The notes beneath the pieces were generated by a model. It had not been told where the DNA came from. It saw only the letters and a list, made by a program, of their open reading frames with translations, and did not search any database. DNA of 64,000 nucleotides from Basidiobolus meristosporus CBS 931.73. Its lineage: Eukaryota > Fungi > Basidiobolomycota. Shown piece after piece: positions 40,738-54,264 of this stretch. A program made the translations under genes and the position numbers. The stretch is taken from positions 16,489 to 80,488 of the forward strand of contig MCFE01000406.1 of NCBI GenBank assembly GCA_002104905.1, written 5' to 3'. Within the stretch, counting starts at the first letter, position 1. Every line of letters starts with the position of its first letter.

Positions 40738-42260
40738 GAAAGGGGAAGGATGCAACAGAGGAGGCGCTGGGTGATTGACGCCAGTCCTACATCCATCCCA
40801 TTGATTGACGAGGTCGCTGATGGATGATGTATTGTTACAGAATTGTGATCATTGGACAGATTATTGGTTTGTAGTGTGTTTGTAAAACGATGTGTCAATC
40901 TTGCTCCCCCTCCCCTACCCTGATATTGGTGACAGAGCGAGTGATTTGCCACTGGTCTAAACTGAGGCATGCACAGCTTGGATCAACCAGAGATCACCAC
41001 TCACTCTTCAGAACTAACACCCATTGCTCCCTCGTAACAACCACCCTCACCCTCACCCCCACCGTCGCTTTCTCCGTTCTCCGTTCTCATGACCATTGCC
41101 AGCCGTTAGTAATCCAATATCTCAATACTCTTCCTGCGTGATTTCCAAGCATCGGCAAGGTATCTAGGTGCTGGTACAAGCTCCACTCACCCCTTTCCTG
41201 CGTCAGAGCATTTCTGGAAATAATGGGTCACAGTGGCGTACATCCTGATCTCTAGGGTCACTATGTGCTAATCAAGATCTCATTCCACCCTACGATTGAC
41301 CTTTAACCAGAAATTTAATCTATTCCCGAAACAATCAGATCAGCTCAGAATTGATCTGATCGAATCCCGCTGTCCTTGCATTGGTGCCTCGGATGCAGTT
41401 TGACTATCTATGTCTCCACCCAATTCCCAACTATTCTGTGCGATATGTGCTAATGATGCAAACACCAACGCCAACGCTAATGTTAGCGCCAATCCTGACG
41501 CTGGTGTTGCTGCTAATCAGGAGAGAGGGATGCAGATACTACTGCAGTGGCCAGGAGTGGTTCTCGGTGCTGATGTCTTTGACATGGGCTTGGAAAGGGG
41601 AGTGACCAAGGTGAAAGGAAGGCTTCTCTCCTGTAATCGGACCCTACCATGCATGCATCATCATTACCTCACTCATATCTCATATCTCGCATTTCACATC
41701 TCTCACCTCTCACCTCTCACCCTACCCTTCACCCTTCGCCCTCCTTTCTCCCATGATTCATTTCCACCTGGCTGTGTCTGATAGAATATTTGCTCGCCCG
41801 CCTAGCTGCCTATCAGCAATCTGGAATGGGGCTGATCATCCTTGTTTCACGCTGATCCAAGCTCTGATCCCACCACTGACCCTTACTCACATCCCAACTC
41901 CGACTCTGGCTCCCATCTTCCCATCCCCTTCCTTTCGCTTCCCTTCCCTTCTCTTCCCTTCGACTCGCACTCATTAATGGCTGTGGTGTGAGAGACCTCG
42001 AACGTCTCAGGAGACCCACACCGAGCTCATGTCAAAGGCCAACACTGACACTAGCACCAGCACCAGCACCAGCACCGTGCTGTTACCCTTCTTGATTAGA
42101 ATCCCGGCCAATCACGGAGATTATTTGGGAATGAATGAGTGGAGGTCGGCATCAGTGCATGGATTCGCTCAGGGCAGCCATTAAATGAGTGTGAGTGTAA
42201 GGTCAGCTTTCCATCAATTTGACAGAATGAGCATGGCACGAAGATCGAATCAGATCTGAT
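40738..42260. repeat. Long inverted repeat, left arm (1523 bp)
   Basis: Reverse complement of 48157-49686 along its whole length, with scattered substitutions and one 7-bp indel in a CTCACCT run. The same ORFs (e.g. MVPRMQFD.., MGLLRRSR..) appear on opposite strands in the two arms. Confidence 0.97.
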
Positions 42261-43171
42261 TGAATCTACGGATATGATGAGATAAGGGTTGAATCAATTC
42301 CAGTCATTATTGTAATTTCGGGTTGATGTGGACCTTTTACATACGCTATACTATCCAAAGGTTTCTTTGTAGCATGAATATATGAGCATGCGCATAATAT
42401 CCAAGCCATACGCCGCCGATAAACGATCAGGGGGATTCCAAAATGATTACACCTACCACTTCAACTACATGTGAGTAACCAATGTATTACGATCAAGTTT
42501 CGCCGCCCAATAACCTTGGTGATGGGGGTTTATCCAGTGGCTGATTTTGTACTTGTGTCTGACAAAAACCAAGGATGCATTCCATATTAGTTCTCACTAA
42601 CGCTGTGCACCAATTTTCGTACGGCATTCTACTTCTCAGAAATATTCCATGACCAACCTCAATGATGTGATACATGGGTTTCCTTTTCCTAGGTAGCTGC
42701 TCGTATATAGGAATTCGAGATGCAAGTACGCTCAGGTAAGCGTCTACGAGTTACTAGGAATGGCATCTATGCAACTCCAATTATTGCTGCATTTTGCAGA
42801 CACATTCATCCCTGTTCAACACGTGGTGGGTCGAAAGAATCCAAACATTCGCATGTTGACATTGTGTGACTTGAAATAACTTCACCATCTCAAATCTATT
42901 GATGGAGTTAGAGAGCATACAGGAATATTACAATTAATAGGTCAACCGATTCGTAATTGTGAACCGAACAATAATTGGCCATGTAAATCTATGGATATGG
43001 TGGTGAGCGTTGAAAATTGTGTTGGGTGTGCCTGGGTTATCCACAGTGTATGCGTGAAAAAAGCGGATCTTGATAATTATATACATGAGCAAAGCAAGAG
43101 AAAGATCCAATATCAAAAAGAGAAACCAAATTATGAATGAGTGCATAAAAATTTCTGTGCTCTAGTCACAC

Positions 43172-44505
43172 CTAATGGCATTTTGCTGCAGAGTGAGGAA
43201 TCTTTCGTTCCCTTAGATACGAATCAAACAGAAGTTCAAATGATTGCTCCTCATCTTTAGTGAAAGATGATCTTCTCCCGGGCATTTCTTCACCTTGATT
43301 TAGCCGGAATTCTAAGCGTCGTTCTCTAAATATTTCCTTGATCTCATTTGGTACAGATAGGGGTTTGAACGTATGAGTATCTCTAAGAATCGACCGTGAA
43401 TTGTTCGAGGCTTTCGAGTCTGACTCCGAGCTTGTAATAGATTGGCTGCGCTCAACAGCTGGAAAGCCTCCATTCTCTACGGGTGGTTGTGCCGCAGTAG
43501 CGGAGATTCTGCGGTGCTGTGATGGATATGCTGTTTCACCTGTGGCCTTACGTTTTACCGGGTTGCTCTCTAAGGAGTCTTCAGAATTATGCCGACTGTA
43601 ATGAAGGATCTCTTTGATCAGATTGCAGCAATTTACAACAGAAAGTACATGCAGCAACTTACGCTTTGGACCTATACTCTTTGCGAATCCGGATGCGAAC
43701 GCCTTGATCTGAGAAGGATCTTGAGAGAAATGTTGATTCAGCCATCCCTGGAAAGAGTTTCGGTGGATATACTGTGAATGTATTGGAGAATACGGTGGCC
43801 AGTGGAACTGCGCTGAAGCTAATCAGACACCAATTAGCATCGAGTTATATGAGGTCTACCTACTGTATTACCTACTTGACAATCTCAAATAAACTGAACT
43901 TTAGGCGGAATTGCCCTTCCACTCGAACTGATATATCGGAGAATACGAAGAAACCACCATCTGATTGCATCGTAATACTCTGTTATTGAACGCGCATTTT
44001 GTATCCATGTCTTGACCGTCGACTTACCAGAGTTATCAACATCCTTCAGCTTGTAGAGTGAGGAAACCAAGGTGCCAGTGAGGCTTCTGGGGGAAAGCTG
44101 GGCTGTATTCGAGGGGTGGACAGGAACCAAACTCGCATACATTACAAAGTATGGGTTTTGAAGATAGTCGCTACAAGGGAAGTCAGTCATTCGCCGTAGT
44201 TGGATTCACCATCTTGCAATTATACTTACTCGTTCTCTTCATGTCCATTTATTTTGATTTGAACAATAGGTGGTGGATCAATAGGTCTGCGGTCAACCTT
44301 TTCCTTAGAGCTACATAAACGTGCTTGTTTAGGCTGCTGGCGGACTATAAGAGAGTAGTCTCTGCGAGTGTTCCAAGAGGGTTAAAAACACGCCGTAATG
44401 AAGTATCCGAGGCGAAGCTACTAACCCGCCTGGTTGGTATCCCAAGCTCTTTAGGTCGGGAAGAAATCGGTATCCACTGGAGGCGATGGGATGAGATTTT
44501 GACAT
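43172..44505 (-). CDS. Velvet-domain regulator (VosA-like), 5 introns; fragmented in the ORF track
   Basis: Spliced: MSKSHP...QPGG|[35 protein letters not shown]...|[14 protein letters not shown]...[19 protein letters not shown]|[28 protein letters not shown]|[48 protein letters not shown].. All canonical velvet motifs are in frame. Confidence 0.95.
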
Positions 44506-47500
44506 CCTTCTTGGCGTGACGTATGAAAGGGGGACTAAGTGGTGTGGATAATCAAAGTGGTGTAGGAATCGTGGCGGTAAAATTCAATAGATTTGAGTGC
44601 GGTCCCGTTTCTTGAATGGGTGCAAATTATGTTGGAAAGAGATAGGATGGTGGCCTAGGGTTCCAAGGGCAATCAAGCGCTGTCGAATGTGAGATTTGGA
44701 GGCTCAGCAATGATGTAGGTATAAAAGTTGCCAAAAGTGTTAAGGGGGAACGTGCGATTGATTGGCTTTATATAAAGGATGAAGCGATTATTCGTCCTAC
44801 CAGAAATCCTCCGGCAAGCCGTGACCATGGAAAGTCATACATCGTAGATTATGTTGGATGGAGTTTGGCAAATAACTCAATCGATTGAATATAGTAAAAT
44901 GGGGGACCCAAATATGGAAAAATGAGAAATATTGGGTGGAATGCGGATCCAATTACTGCAGCGAGCTTCTGTTAAGAAAAATATACCTTTTTAGTTTAGG
45001 CCCATATTCAGAACAATAATGCTGTTGGAATCCACATTAGGAACCACCAACTGATTTAAGGGTAGGCTTTGATACAGATGGTGTGGTAGAGTTATTCTGT
45101 ACCACAATGAATACTGTCGTATCGTATAACTAAAGTGGAAATAAACCCGGTAGCCTGCTATTCGCTTCGTCAGATGCCCTTTGGTTGAGGCCCCAATATC
45201 AACCATGAAAGCGCTACATTGCGGGATGGTGCGGTGATTAGACCGCTGAAGAGCCATGGGAGATTGCATGAAGGTGATTCTGGAGCGTGAGCCAATTGGA
45301 TCCAGGCGCTCTTACTCTCCCTACTGAGTTGTTCGCCACATCCAAGGCTGATTTACGCTTAGTGGTCTGAAGTTATTTACAACAATGCCGAATCTGATCC
45401 ATCTCGGTCTCAATGTGTTCTATGTGATCATCCTGTGAATCGAGTCCCTTTGACTGCGAACCCAAAACCCCTTCATAGCCTTTCTTATGGCCAAGCAGCA
45501 CTTGCGCCAATCCGCTTATCGTAGCTACCACGATGCGTACGTATCATTAATCAGCAAAACTCTTCCAAGATCTGGGAAACACGAATAATCAAGCTAAGAA
45601 ACGAAATTGTCAGCGCCTTCCGCAACTCTAATCCAATTGAGCTGATTGGCGAATCGAGATTCCTATCCTTCTAAGATTCATGCTTATTCTACCTCCCGCC
45701 CCTAAACAACAAGGCCATAGTCCTCGACATACATGACTGGCCCTTCCCTTCAAATATTAGATCACAACCCACCCGAATTTGACACTTGAGGCAACTGCCT
45801 GTCGCAGAAGTAGTGGGTCATGGTAGCGTTCTAGTCGCTGGTTTCAAAGCTAAGTAATGATCCTGAAAGCAAGGTGATTTGTCTCAATGATTGATATCAT
45901 CATCCACAAATCACCCGATCATCCAGTTTTCTTCGCAAAGCAAGGGATATAATTTGTCTATTTCAGTGCTATCCGAATGGCGCATATACCCCTCTCATAT
46001 AAATTGCGAATGGGATCTTTCACTCTATTCTAGGCTTGGAAATGGCTGATTGCTATTGAAGCTCGACTCGTCATGAGTGTAACTAATTATAGAAGCGCTG
46101 GTAATCTACATATCAAAAGACCAGTCTATCATCTGACAACAAGTCTTACAACCCAATACTGGGTGCGAAAGTGGCAATATCAACTGAGCTATGATAAGGG
46201 ATACGCCCAAGTGAAATCAGGTTGCATTGCTCTGATGCTTATGTCAATATCGGTTTGTTGCCATCAGACCAATTAAAGAGAAAGCCAAGGATTGTACATA
46301 GAATAGTACATAATTAGCTAGAAACCCTGAGTGGCAGCTCCAAGGATTGGTTGTAATCAAGCATTAAAGCAAGTAGGCTGACGATCTCTTTATAGTATTG
46401 GCATTCTATAGGAATCCCCATCCGACACTATGCGCCTACTGTGTGAAGAGTGCTGCAAACACATATGTATTGTTTAGGATCAACCCAGCGTTGCGGATAT
46501 CCCCCGCCGCCTCTGCATACCGTGATCTTTGAATGCTCTTACCAACATCTGTCTCATTCTGATTAGATGTGGCATCCAACAAATCATGGATGTAGCCTGA
46601 GCAGCCACACCAAACAGGGTATATTGAATATCCCTCAAATCTACGTGTGGAACATCTTTGTTTCAAGGAAACCCGATTACTGTATTTGCCCTCATTTCAT
46701 ATTAGTCATCAACCAGAGTTTGTACCAAGCCCAAAGATATCGCTTATACTTATCGTGCTCAGCAACACTGATCGCCAATATCTAAGATTTCGATAATCAA
46801 TCCTCCGGTATTCAAGCTCTGGGCTATCATATACGGAAGTGGTTGGGCTCGGGGGATATTATATATCAGCTTACTGATAATCGTGTGGACTACTGTCTAG
46901 AGAAGATGAAAATTGGTCCTGCTGGAATGAGGGAAGTATACTCAATGCGGAAACCGGGTTTACTCGGTCGAAAAAGAATGTCACCCATCATGCAAACATC
47001 TTGTGGGATATATTAAAATATACCAGCTTCCCGATATTTCTCCTTGGCGTAAACCATCTTGAAAGGAGGAGCATGTAATATGCCGATGCGGCTACGGATT
47101 GACTCGATACATCATCGTTTCTCAGAATAATGGTGATTGAGGTGAAACGAGCCAACTACTGGATTACATCAAATCACCTACTGCTTGATGACCTGCACAT
47201 TGGTTCTCAGAAGGCCAGGGGATTACTTGTTTAGCCAGACCAGTTCCACCAATCGGAATACTATAATTGAGATATCCCATTAGTGACAGTACAGCTGAGG
47301 TACATATTAAATATAGCTAGGTTATTTTCATTGCATGCTACCACACAAACCGAGCGATCTAGACTTCGCAAAGCCAGTTGCAATCGTGATTTTAAATCAA
47401 CACCACCCTTATATTCTAAATAATAAAGGCCGGTCAGTGTGGTGATAAATTACTATAACTTGGGCAAATTGCTCCAGGTGTCATATGCTTTTACATGTGA

Positions 47501-48156
47501 GCAAGGGTTTAGACTTGTGCCAATCTCGCGATGTAAAAGTTTCAGTCTTTGTGAAATTCAAGCATGAGTTTTTAATATCAGTGTATCAGGTGTTCATAAA
47601 TCACGGACTAGTGCTTCAGACTATTATCGGTCAACCCACATACCGGTGACGTAGATATGATATAGGAAGACGCTTTGATACTGATGCACATATATGGTGG
47701 TTGTAATGAATAATCATGACCAGCAGGTTGGTACTTTTAAGGCCTCAACACAGTCTGAAGTCACGCGTACCGAGAGCCTGATATGAAGTATAATGCGCCT
47801 GTATCAGTCCGAATCATAAGGGTTTGGCGTCTATGAGACTGGGTAGTAAATTGTGATTTATATGTGATACTTGGCATTCAACAAACCCTAGCCCTGGTAA
47901 TATTGAGCCACTTGCATACTATGTGCATAATACGATATCCTTCATTTGCGTGCTACAGTGACTTACAACGTATATATATAAGATAATGGGTTGATAGCGG
48001 TACAATTTGTTTTCCTGGATTTTTAAATAAATACCACGTTAAGATGCTCTACGTGTTCTCTGCCGCAGAAGTCCATTATATGTTGTGATGATCGAACCTG
48101 AAGGCTTTGCCACCATTACCATTTAATCCCAATGTGAATCATCCCAATATGTTTTG

Positions 48157-49686
48157 ATCAGATCTGATTCGATCTTCGTGCCATGCTCATTCTGTCAAAT
48201 TGATGGAAAGCTGACCTTACATTCACACCCATTTAATGGCTGCCCTGAGCGAATCCATGCACTGATGCCGACCTCCACTCATTCATTCCCAAATAATCTC
48301 CGTGATTGGCCGGGATTCTAATCAAGAAGGGTAACAGCACGGTGCTGGTGCTGGTGCTGGTGCTAGTGTCAGTGTTGGCCTTTGACATGAGCTCGGTGTG
48401 GGTCTCCTGAGACGTTCGAGATCTCTCACACCACAGCCACTAATGAGTGCGAGTCGAAGGGAAGAGAAGGGAAGGGAAGCGAAAGGAAGGGGATGGGAAG
48501 ATGGGAGCCAGAGTCGGAGTTGGGATGTGAGTAAGGGTCAGTGGTGGGATCAGGGCTTGGATCAGCGTGAAACAAGGATGATCAGCCCCATTCCAGATTG
48601 CTGATAGGCAGCTAGGCGGGCGAGCAAATATTCTATCAGACACAGCCAGGTGGAAATGAATCATGGGAGAGAGGAGGGCGAAGGGTGAAGGGTGGGGTGC
48701 GAGGTGAGAGGTGAGAGGTGAGAGATGTGAAATGCGAGATATGAGATGTGAGTGAGGTAATGATGATGCATGCATGGTAGGGTCCGATTACAGGAGAGAA
48801 GCCTTCCTTTCACCTTGGTCACTCCCCTTTCCAAGCCCATGTCAAAGACATCAGCACCGAGAACCACTCCTGGCCACTGCAGTAGTATCTGCATCCCTCT
48901 CTCCTGATTAGCAGCAACACCAGCGTCAGGATTGGCGCTAACATTAGCGTTGGCGTTGGTGTTTGCATCATTAGCACATATCGCACAGAATAGTTGGGAA
49001 TTGGGTGGAGACATAGATAGTCAAACTGCATCCGAGGCACCAATGCAAGGACAGCGGGATTCGATCAGATCAATTCTGAGCTGATCTGATTGTTTCGGGA
49101 ATAGATTAAATTTCTGGTTAAAGGTCAATCGTAGGGTGGAATGAGATCTTGATTAGCACCTAGTGACCCTAGAGATCAGGATGTACGCCACTGTGACCCA
49201 TTATTTCCAGAAATGCTCTGACGCACGAAAGGGATGAGTGGAGCTTGTACCAGCACCTAGATACCTTGCCGATGCTTGGAAATCATGCAGGAAGAGTATT
49301 TAGACATTGGATTACTAACGGCTGGCAATGGTCATGAGAACGGAGAACGGAGAAAGCGACGGTGGGGGTGAGGGTGAGGGTGGTTGTTACGAGGGAGCAA
49401 TGGGTGTTAGTTCTGAAGAGTGAGTGGCAATCTCTGGTTGATCCAAGCTGTGCATGCCTCAGTTTGGACCAGTGGCAAATCACTCGCTCTGTCACCGATA
49501 TCAGGGTAGGGGAGGGGGAGCAAGGTTGACACATCGTTTTACAAACACACCACAAACCAATAATCTGTCCAATGAGCACAATTCTGTAAAAATACACCAT
49601 CCATCAGCGACCTCGCCAATCAATGGGATGGATGTAGGACTGGCGTCAATCACCCAGCGCCTCCTCTGTTGTATCCTTCCCCTTTC
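48157..49686. repeat. Long inverted repeat, right arm (1530 bp)
   Basis: Mirror of 40738-42260; inner end is ATCAGATCTGAT, outer end TCCTTCCCCTTTC. Confidence 0.97.
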
Positions 49687-52600
49687 CATGGGTAATGCCA
49701 ATATGATTAAGATTGTGCATTTACCGCAAGCTATATTGTAGAATGAAATCATAGGAGAAAGCCATCTGTACTTATCAGTTTCGCAACACCTCATTAAATA
49801 TAGCAAGATTGATCGGTATTTTCTTCAATTTGTGTATTTAAGAGCGTAGTATAGCTATTATCATGTGTTGGAGCATTCAAATAGTAATTATTCATCAATA
49901 CTTCATGATTTAGTTTTAAACCGAGATGGATATCGCGATACGATGCATAATATTATTGATGGGAGGTCCCAAATCAGTATGCATAGATACTCTAAGTTGC
50001 CATTCCCCCCCCCCCAGTACACCTAAATAGCGGATTAGTCTTGCGGCCACTCCTACGTAATGTTACATCTCTAAGCCAACCAAGTTGAACAAAGTTGACA
50101 TTCACGAGGGATATAGGTATTTTAGTAAACTGTGGATGCTATCATTTATATCTGATTATACTTTTCAGGTCTATCAGATTCATCTACATCAGCTCCTTCC
50201 CCATATACTGCTACGAATGGGAAGATGCAGCAATCCAATGTACTGTTATTCATGTGTTCTTAACGAGTAATCTAAAGATTTTCTCACGATATTTAATACC
50301 ACTCTTCCATGGTTACTTTTGGGGGTAGGGCGTTTCAAGCCTAGTTAGCTGTCATTTATTAAGACCTGTGCGTTATATACAAGGGGATGGGGTTATCTGT
50401 GGAAAACATGTGTCACATTGGTCAGATCACATAACCAATTCGGTGCTATCCAAAGTCAATCTTTACCTGCTCTTGATTAATTCATTTAACTCCTCTATAA
50501 CGCAAATTATAAAAAATTTATGATGGGGCTTGGGAGGTAGTTGTGTAAAAAGAGAATCTTATAGGTCTCGGAAGAACTGAATTTCTACTGCTCCCATGAC
50601 CTAGAATCCATCATATATACTAATGTTGGATAGGTTTTTTGGCCTAATAGTACACTGGGTAATAGTAGTACGCATAGCCTCTGTATGTCTTATGTTGTGC
50701 TTGAATATCTAAAAGTAGACATACAGAATTAAAATATTCAACCATGTCGCCAGTTAAAAAGCGTAATCAAGATACATGCAACACATATTGACGCTGTCAC
50801 TCGGATCTTTGTTTACAAGCTTAACTACATTCTGACCTAACTTTCTGTTGAGACTTACCATAAATATTCTCACCAAAAGACCAGCACCCGAAATACAATA
50901 TTTCTCAATGCTCTCAAAGACCCCAATCTTTGCAAACATGCTTTTAGGGTCTTCCTAAGCATGTTGTATCTACATGTCCTCTACGATAAGCCCACAGCAG
51001 TATGAATGTCACCTTTTGATCCAACGTTACATTGGATGAAAATGGGAGATCAGACTTGGGGCTTAGTCAAGTCACAAATCAACTAACATCTGATTTGATG
51101 TGAAAGGGTCTTCCGGAATAAATACAAGGTAAATGATGGATAAGAAAGCTATAAAAAAAGACTTATAGCCAATGAATACTATAAAGCAAAAGAGATGGAC
51201 TACTCAGGTACATCTGCACTAGTAGCAATACCCATTCTATCAGGTAGATATTTGTAATTGCAGCTAAATATCAGCTTTTTATACATCAAATTTGGATGAA
51301 AGTTATCAAGGTGCCCAAACTCAGCCATATTAACCATATACTTATAAGTGGTCTTATTGTACCCACTAATAGTCATAGGAAACCCAAAGAAATTAGACTT
51401 GCACCAATGACCATGATGCTGTGTAGTGCTCTATATCTTGCTATTAGTTTAATAAATTTGGGTCATACACACATCAATCTTGGCCTCAATCTTGCATTCA
51501 ATGGCACTATGAGGCATGCTATGGTACTCTGTAGCTCTAAAATAAGCTACAATGATTTTACAAGTCCACTAAGTGCAACCTATTTATGGAGCTTAGGATA
51601 TCAGATTGAGGAGGATCCTTTACTACTGAGAAATACAACCTTCTACAGACAAAAGTGCCTGAACTATTACCTTAAGCCAGTTCAAACTTACTCTTGATAT
51701 ACTTGTAAAGCCCAAAGTGGAAGATTGGAAGTCAGCACCAAGTCCAAAAGTGACACTACCTTTGCCAAGCAGTAATCATAGAGTGTGACTTTGGTACAAT
51801 AAAGTGCCCACATTTACCTTACCAATAAGTATCTAGTAGTCCACTTGTAGGCTTTGAGCATGACCATATAACTAATATATTCTATGAGAAATCCCAAACT
51901 TGGAATTCATCTGATACTCAGCTGGTATTTTGCTGGTATTCAGCTGGTGTTTTTCATTCAAATTTTCAGTTGCAATTTTGGGTGGAAATAGTCAGCATCT
52001 GATTGCCATATTTGGCATATGTGCTAGTTGGCCTAGTCTTCTCCTGAGATATAAGTCTGTGTGTCTGCGCAATATCTAGAACCTGAGATACTGAGGGTTG
52101 CCAGTATTGAGAAAGTTGGAACTCAGCCAATATTTTGATGATATTCTGTTGGGCTTTCTCAATTTTTTTGAGGGATAGATATTAGTTGCATTGCTGCAGT
52201 TGAGGTGATATTCAGATACTTGCAGGGTATTGATGCTATAAACTTGAATATTCTTATGCAGGTCTGACATACCCTGAATCTGAAGGAGCAATTTGATTGA
52301 GCTCAAGAAGCCAGCTTACCATTGTATTTTATATTGTAAATATTCCATATAATCCTAAACCACTCATATAGCACAAGATTTTGCTTGGGTTATTGCCAAG
52401 TCATAGTTAATAACTACTTAAGATTAGGTTTGTGATATATTTGCTAACACAACATCATTGAAGGTCTGAAAGTATTAATGTTTCAGACAGGTCAAAGCCT
52501 CATGCTTGACACACAGCCTCTTGGAGCCATTCTTATTACATTTCTAGTTATTAGCATTACAAGCCTCCCTAAAAGTGCAAACAATTTACCTGAACTTAAC

Positions 52601-53004
52601 AAAGCAGCAAGTTAATATCAGGTTATTCATGTTCTCCAAAATCTTCCAATACTCCCCATAATCATGCAACACTTTAACTTACAAAAACTAATTTTAATGA
52701 TTCTCTTAAAAGGCCATCACAAAGTATAAGTCCTGCAGCTAAGAGGTGTTGGTGCCATGAGGACATCATGCAAAAACCATCTAATCAAAATCGCACCTCA
52801 GATTTTACAAAAAACTTGGTCAATATTATTCATCACAACAGTTTATAAGGTGGCTTTTGATTGGATCACTGCTTCTCTCACTTTCTGATCCCAGACACTC
52901 AATCACCTCCTATGTTTGTGTACATTGATTGGTTATTGCCTCTTTTCACACTTCTTACTTCCTAACTCAAACAATGCTCTTACTTTTCATGCTTACAAAC
53001 TGGT

Positions 53005-53931
53005 TTATTTCTGTTTAATCTTCAGTTGTAACTCCATTGTTGATTGTACTGACCTATAAAAGTCTCTATACCCAACACTGACATTAAGCCCAACCTCATA
53101 TGCAACAAGTAACTCCTTTAAAATCCACCATTCAATCAGTGTTTCTGCCAAAACGCCCTTTTTGCATGACTTTGGCAGGAACCCCATAGCTTTATGCCAT
53201 TGCTCATTCACTGGTTCCCATACATCCTGGTCTTTGGCCAGCACTGCAAGGTCTAACATCTCATCTGTCAGTCTTTGCAATAAATCCTTACAATGTTCAA
53301 GTGTGTTTTCTGGAGTACTGCTCTTACAGAACACTAAGTAAAAAGTCAAGAAATGGCTGTCCATTCCTGCCTGCTTGTCCCTTACTGACACTCTTCTAGC
53401 AACCTGTCATTTCTTTGCTGCTTGTTTTGAGCTTTCAGCCCTGGTTGTAATGGGCTTTTGAGGAAGCTGTTGGTTTTTGCCATTGCCAGGTCCTTCACCT
53501 CTACTATGATAGAGTGCTTCTTGGGCCAAACTATGTGTTTCCCTTGATAAATTTTGCACTAGTGGATCTGTATCTGCCTGCTTGTCCCTTGTCAGCACTC
53601 TTCTGGCTACCTGACAGTTCTTTGCCACTTGTTTGGAGCCTTCAGACCAGCTTGTAGCAGGATTTTGAGGAGGCTTGTGGTTTTTTAGCTGTGGCTCCCA
53701 TGTTCTTCAGCCCTTGATAGTTTCTGCTATTCTTGAGATACTTTCATTGCATACAAATGTTGGCCCAAAATCCACTTGCTTATTTGAATTGAGGATAATG
53801 CTCATGGAGCAGGTAAAGCATATTTGGCAAAAACCAAAGATACATAAGATAGGACAAGATTTACACTGGGAGCAATGCATTTGCTCTTTAACAGTATCTT
53901 TATACTGATGACTAAGTTGTACATGGGGCAT
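53005..53931 (-). pseudogene. Decayed ORF with Cys-rich N-terminus and internal 69-codon duplication, two in-frame TGA stops
   Basis: ORF-track pieces 53707-53931, 53407-53628 and 53005-53391 lie in one frame, separated only by TGA at 53707-53709 and 53407-53409. Segments starting at 53367 and 53574 are diverged direct copies. Confidence 0.6.
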
Positions 53932-54264
53932 TTCAAGCTAACTGAGCCCTTTGAGATACCAGAGCAATTTGAACAAATTGGCAAGATATTACAGAGTATC
54001 TGCTAACCAAGAATACTTTAGATATGCTCCAATTAATATTCATATGCATATGCAATGGCACAAATGCAAGCACAGGATGAGCTGAATATGCATTTATTTA
54101 AGTGGCCTTCTGAGGCAATTTCTACCAAGAGTACATTGGAAGCATTGGGAGTCATAGGCTGACATTGAAGGAATATTTATCCATTAGTGGATCACTAATG
54201 CAAGATTGGCACATCTAGTACTTATGCAAGAGGTTTGTGATAGGATTTCAGTAATTATACTTTA

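Noticed and set aside
42493-42740. Short minus-strand frame inside the cassette (…YEQLPRKRKPMYHIIEVGHGIF…)
   Set aside because: About 80 codons with no recognisable motif or splice support; possibly a decayed fragment.
44991-48100. Short ORFs upstream of the velvet gene, examined as a possible second cargo gene or recombinase
   Set aside because: No frame gave a recognisable domain or consistent exon chain; treated as non-coding or decayed.
40720-49705. Target-site duplication for a single 9-kb TIR transposon
   Set aside because: Outer flanks (…TATCTCA / AATGCC…) share no direct repeat at either possible boundary and no transposase is present, so it was not annotated as a mobile element.
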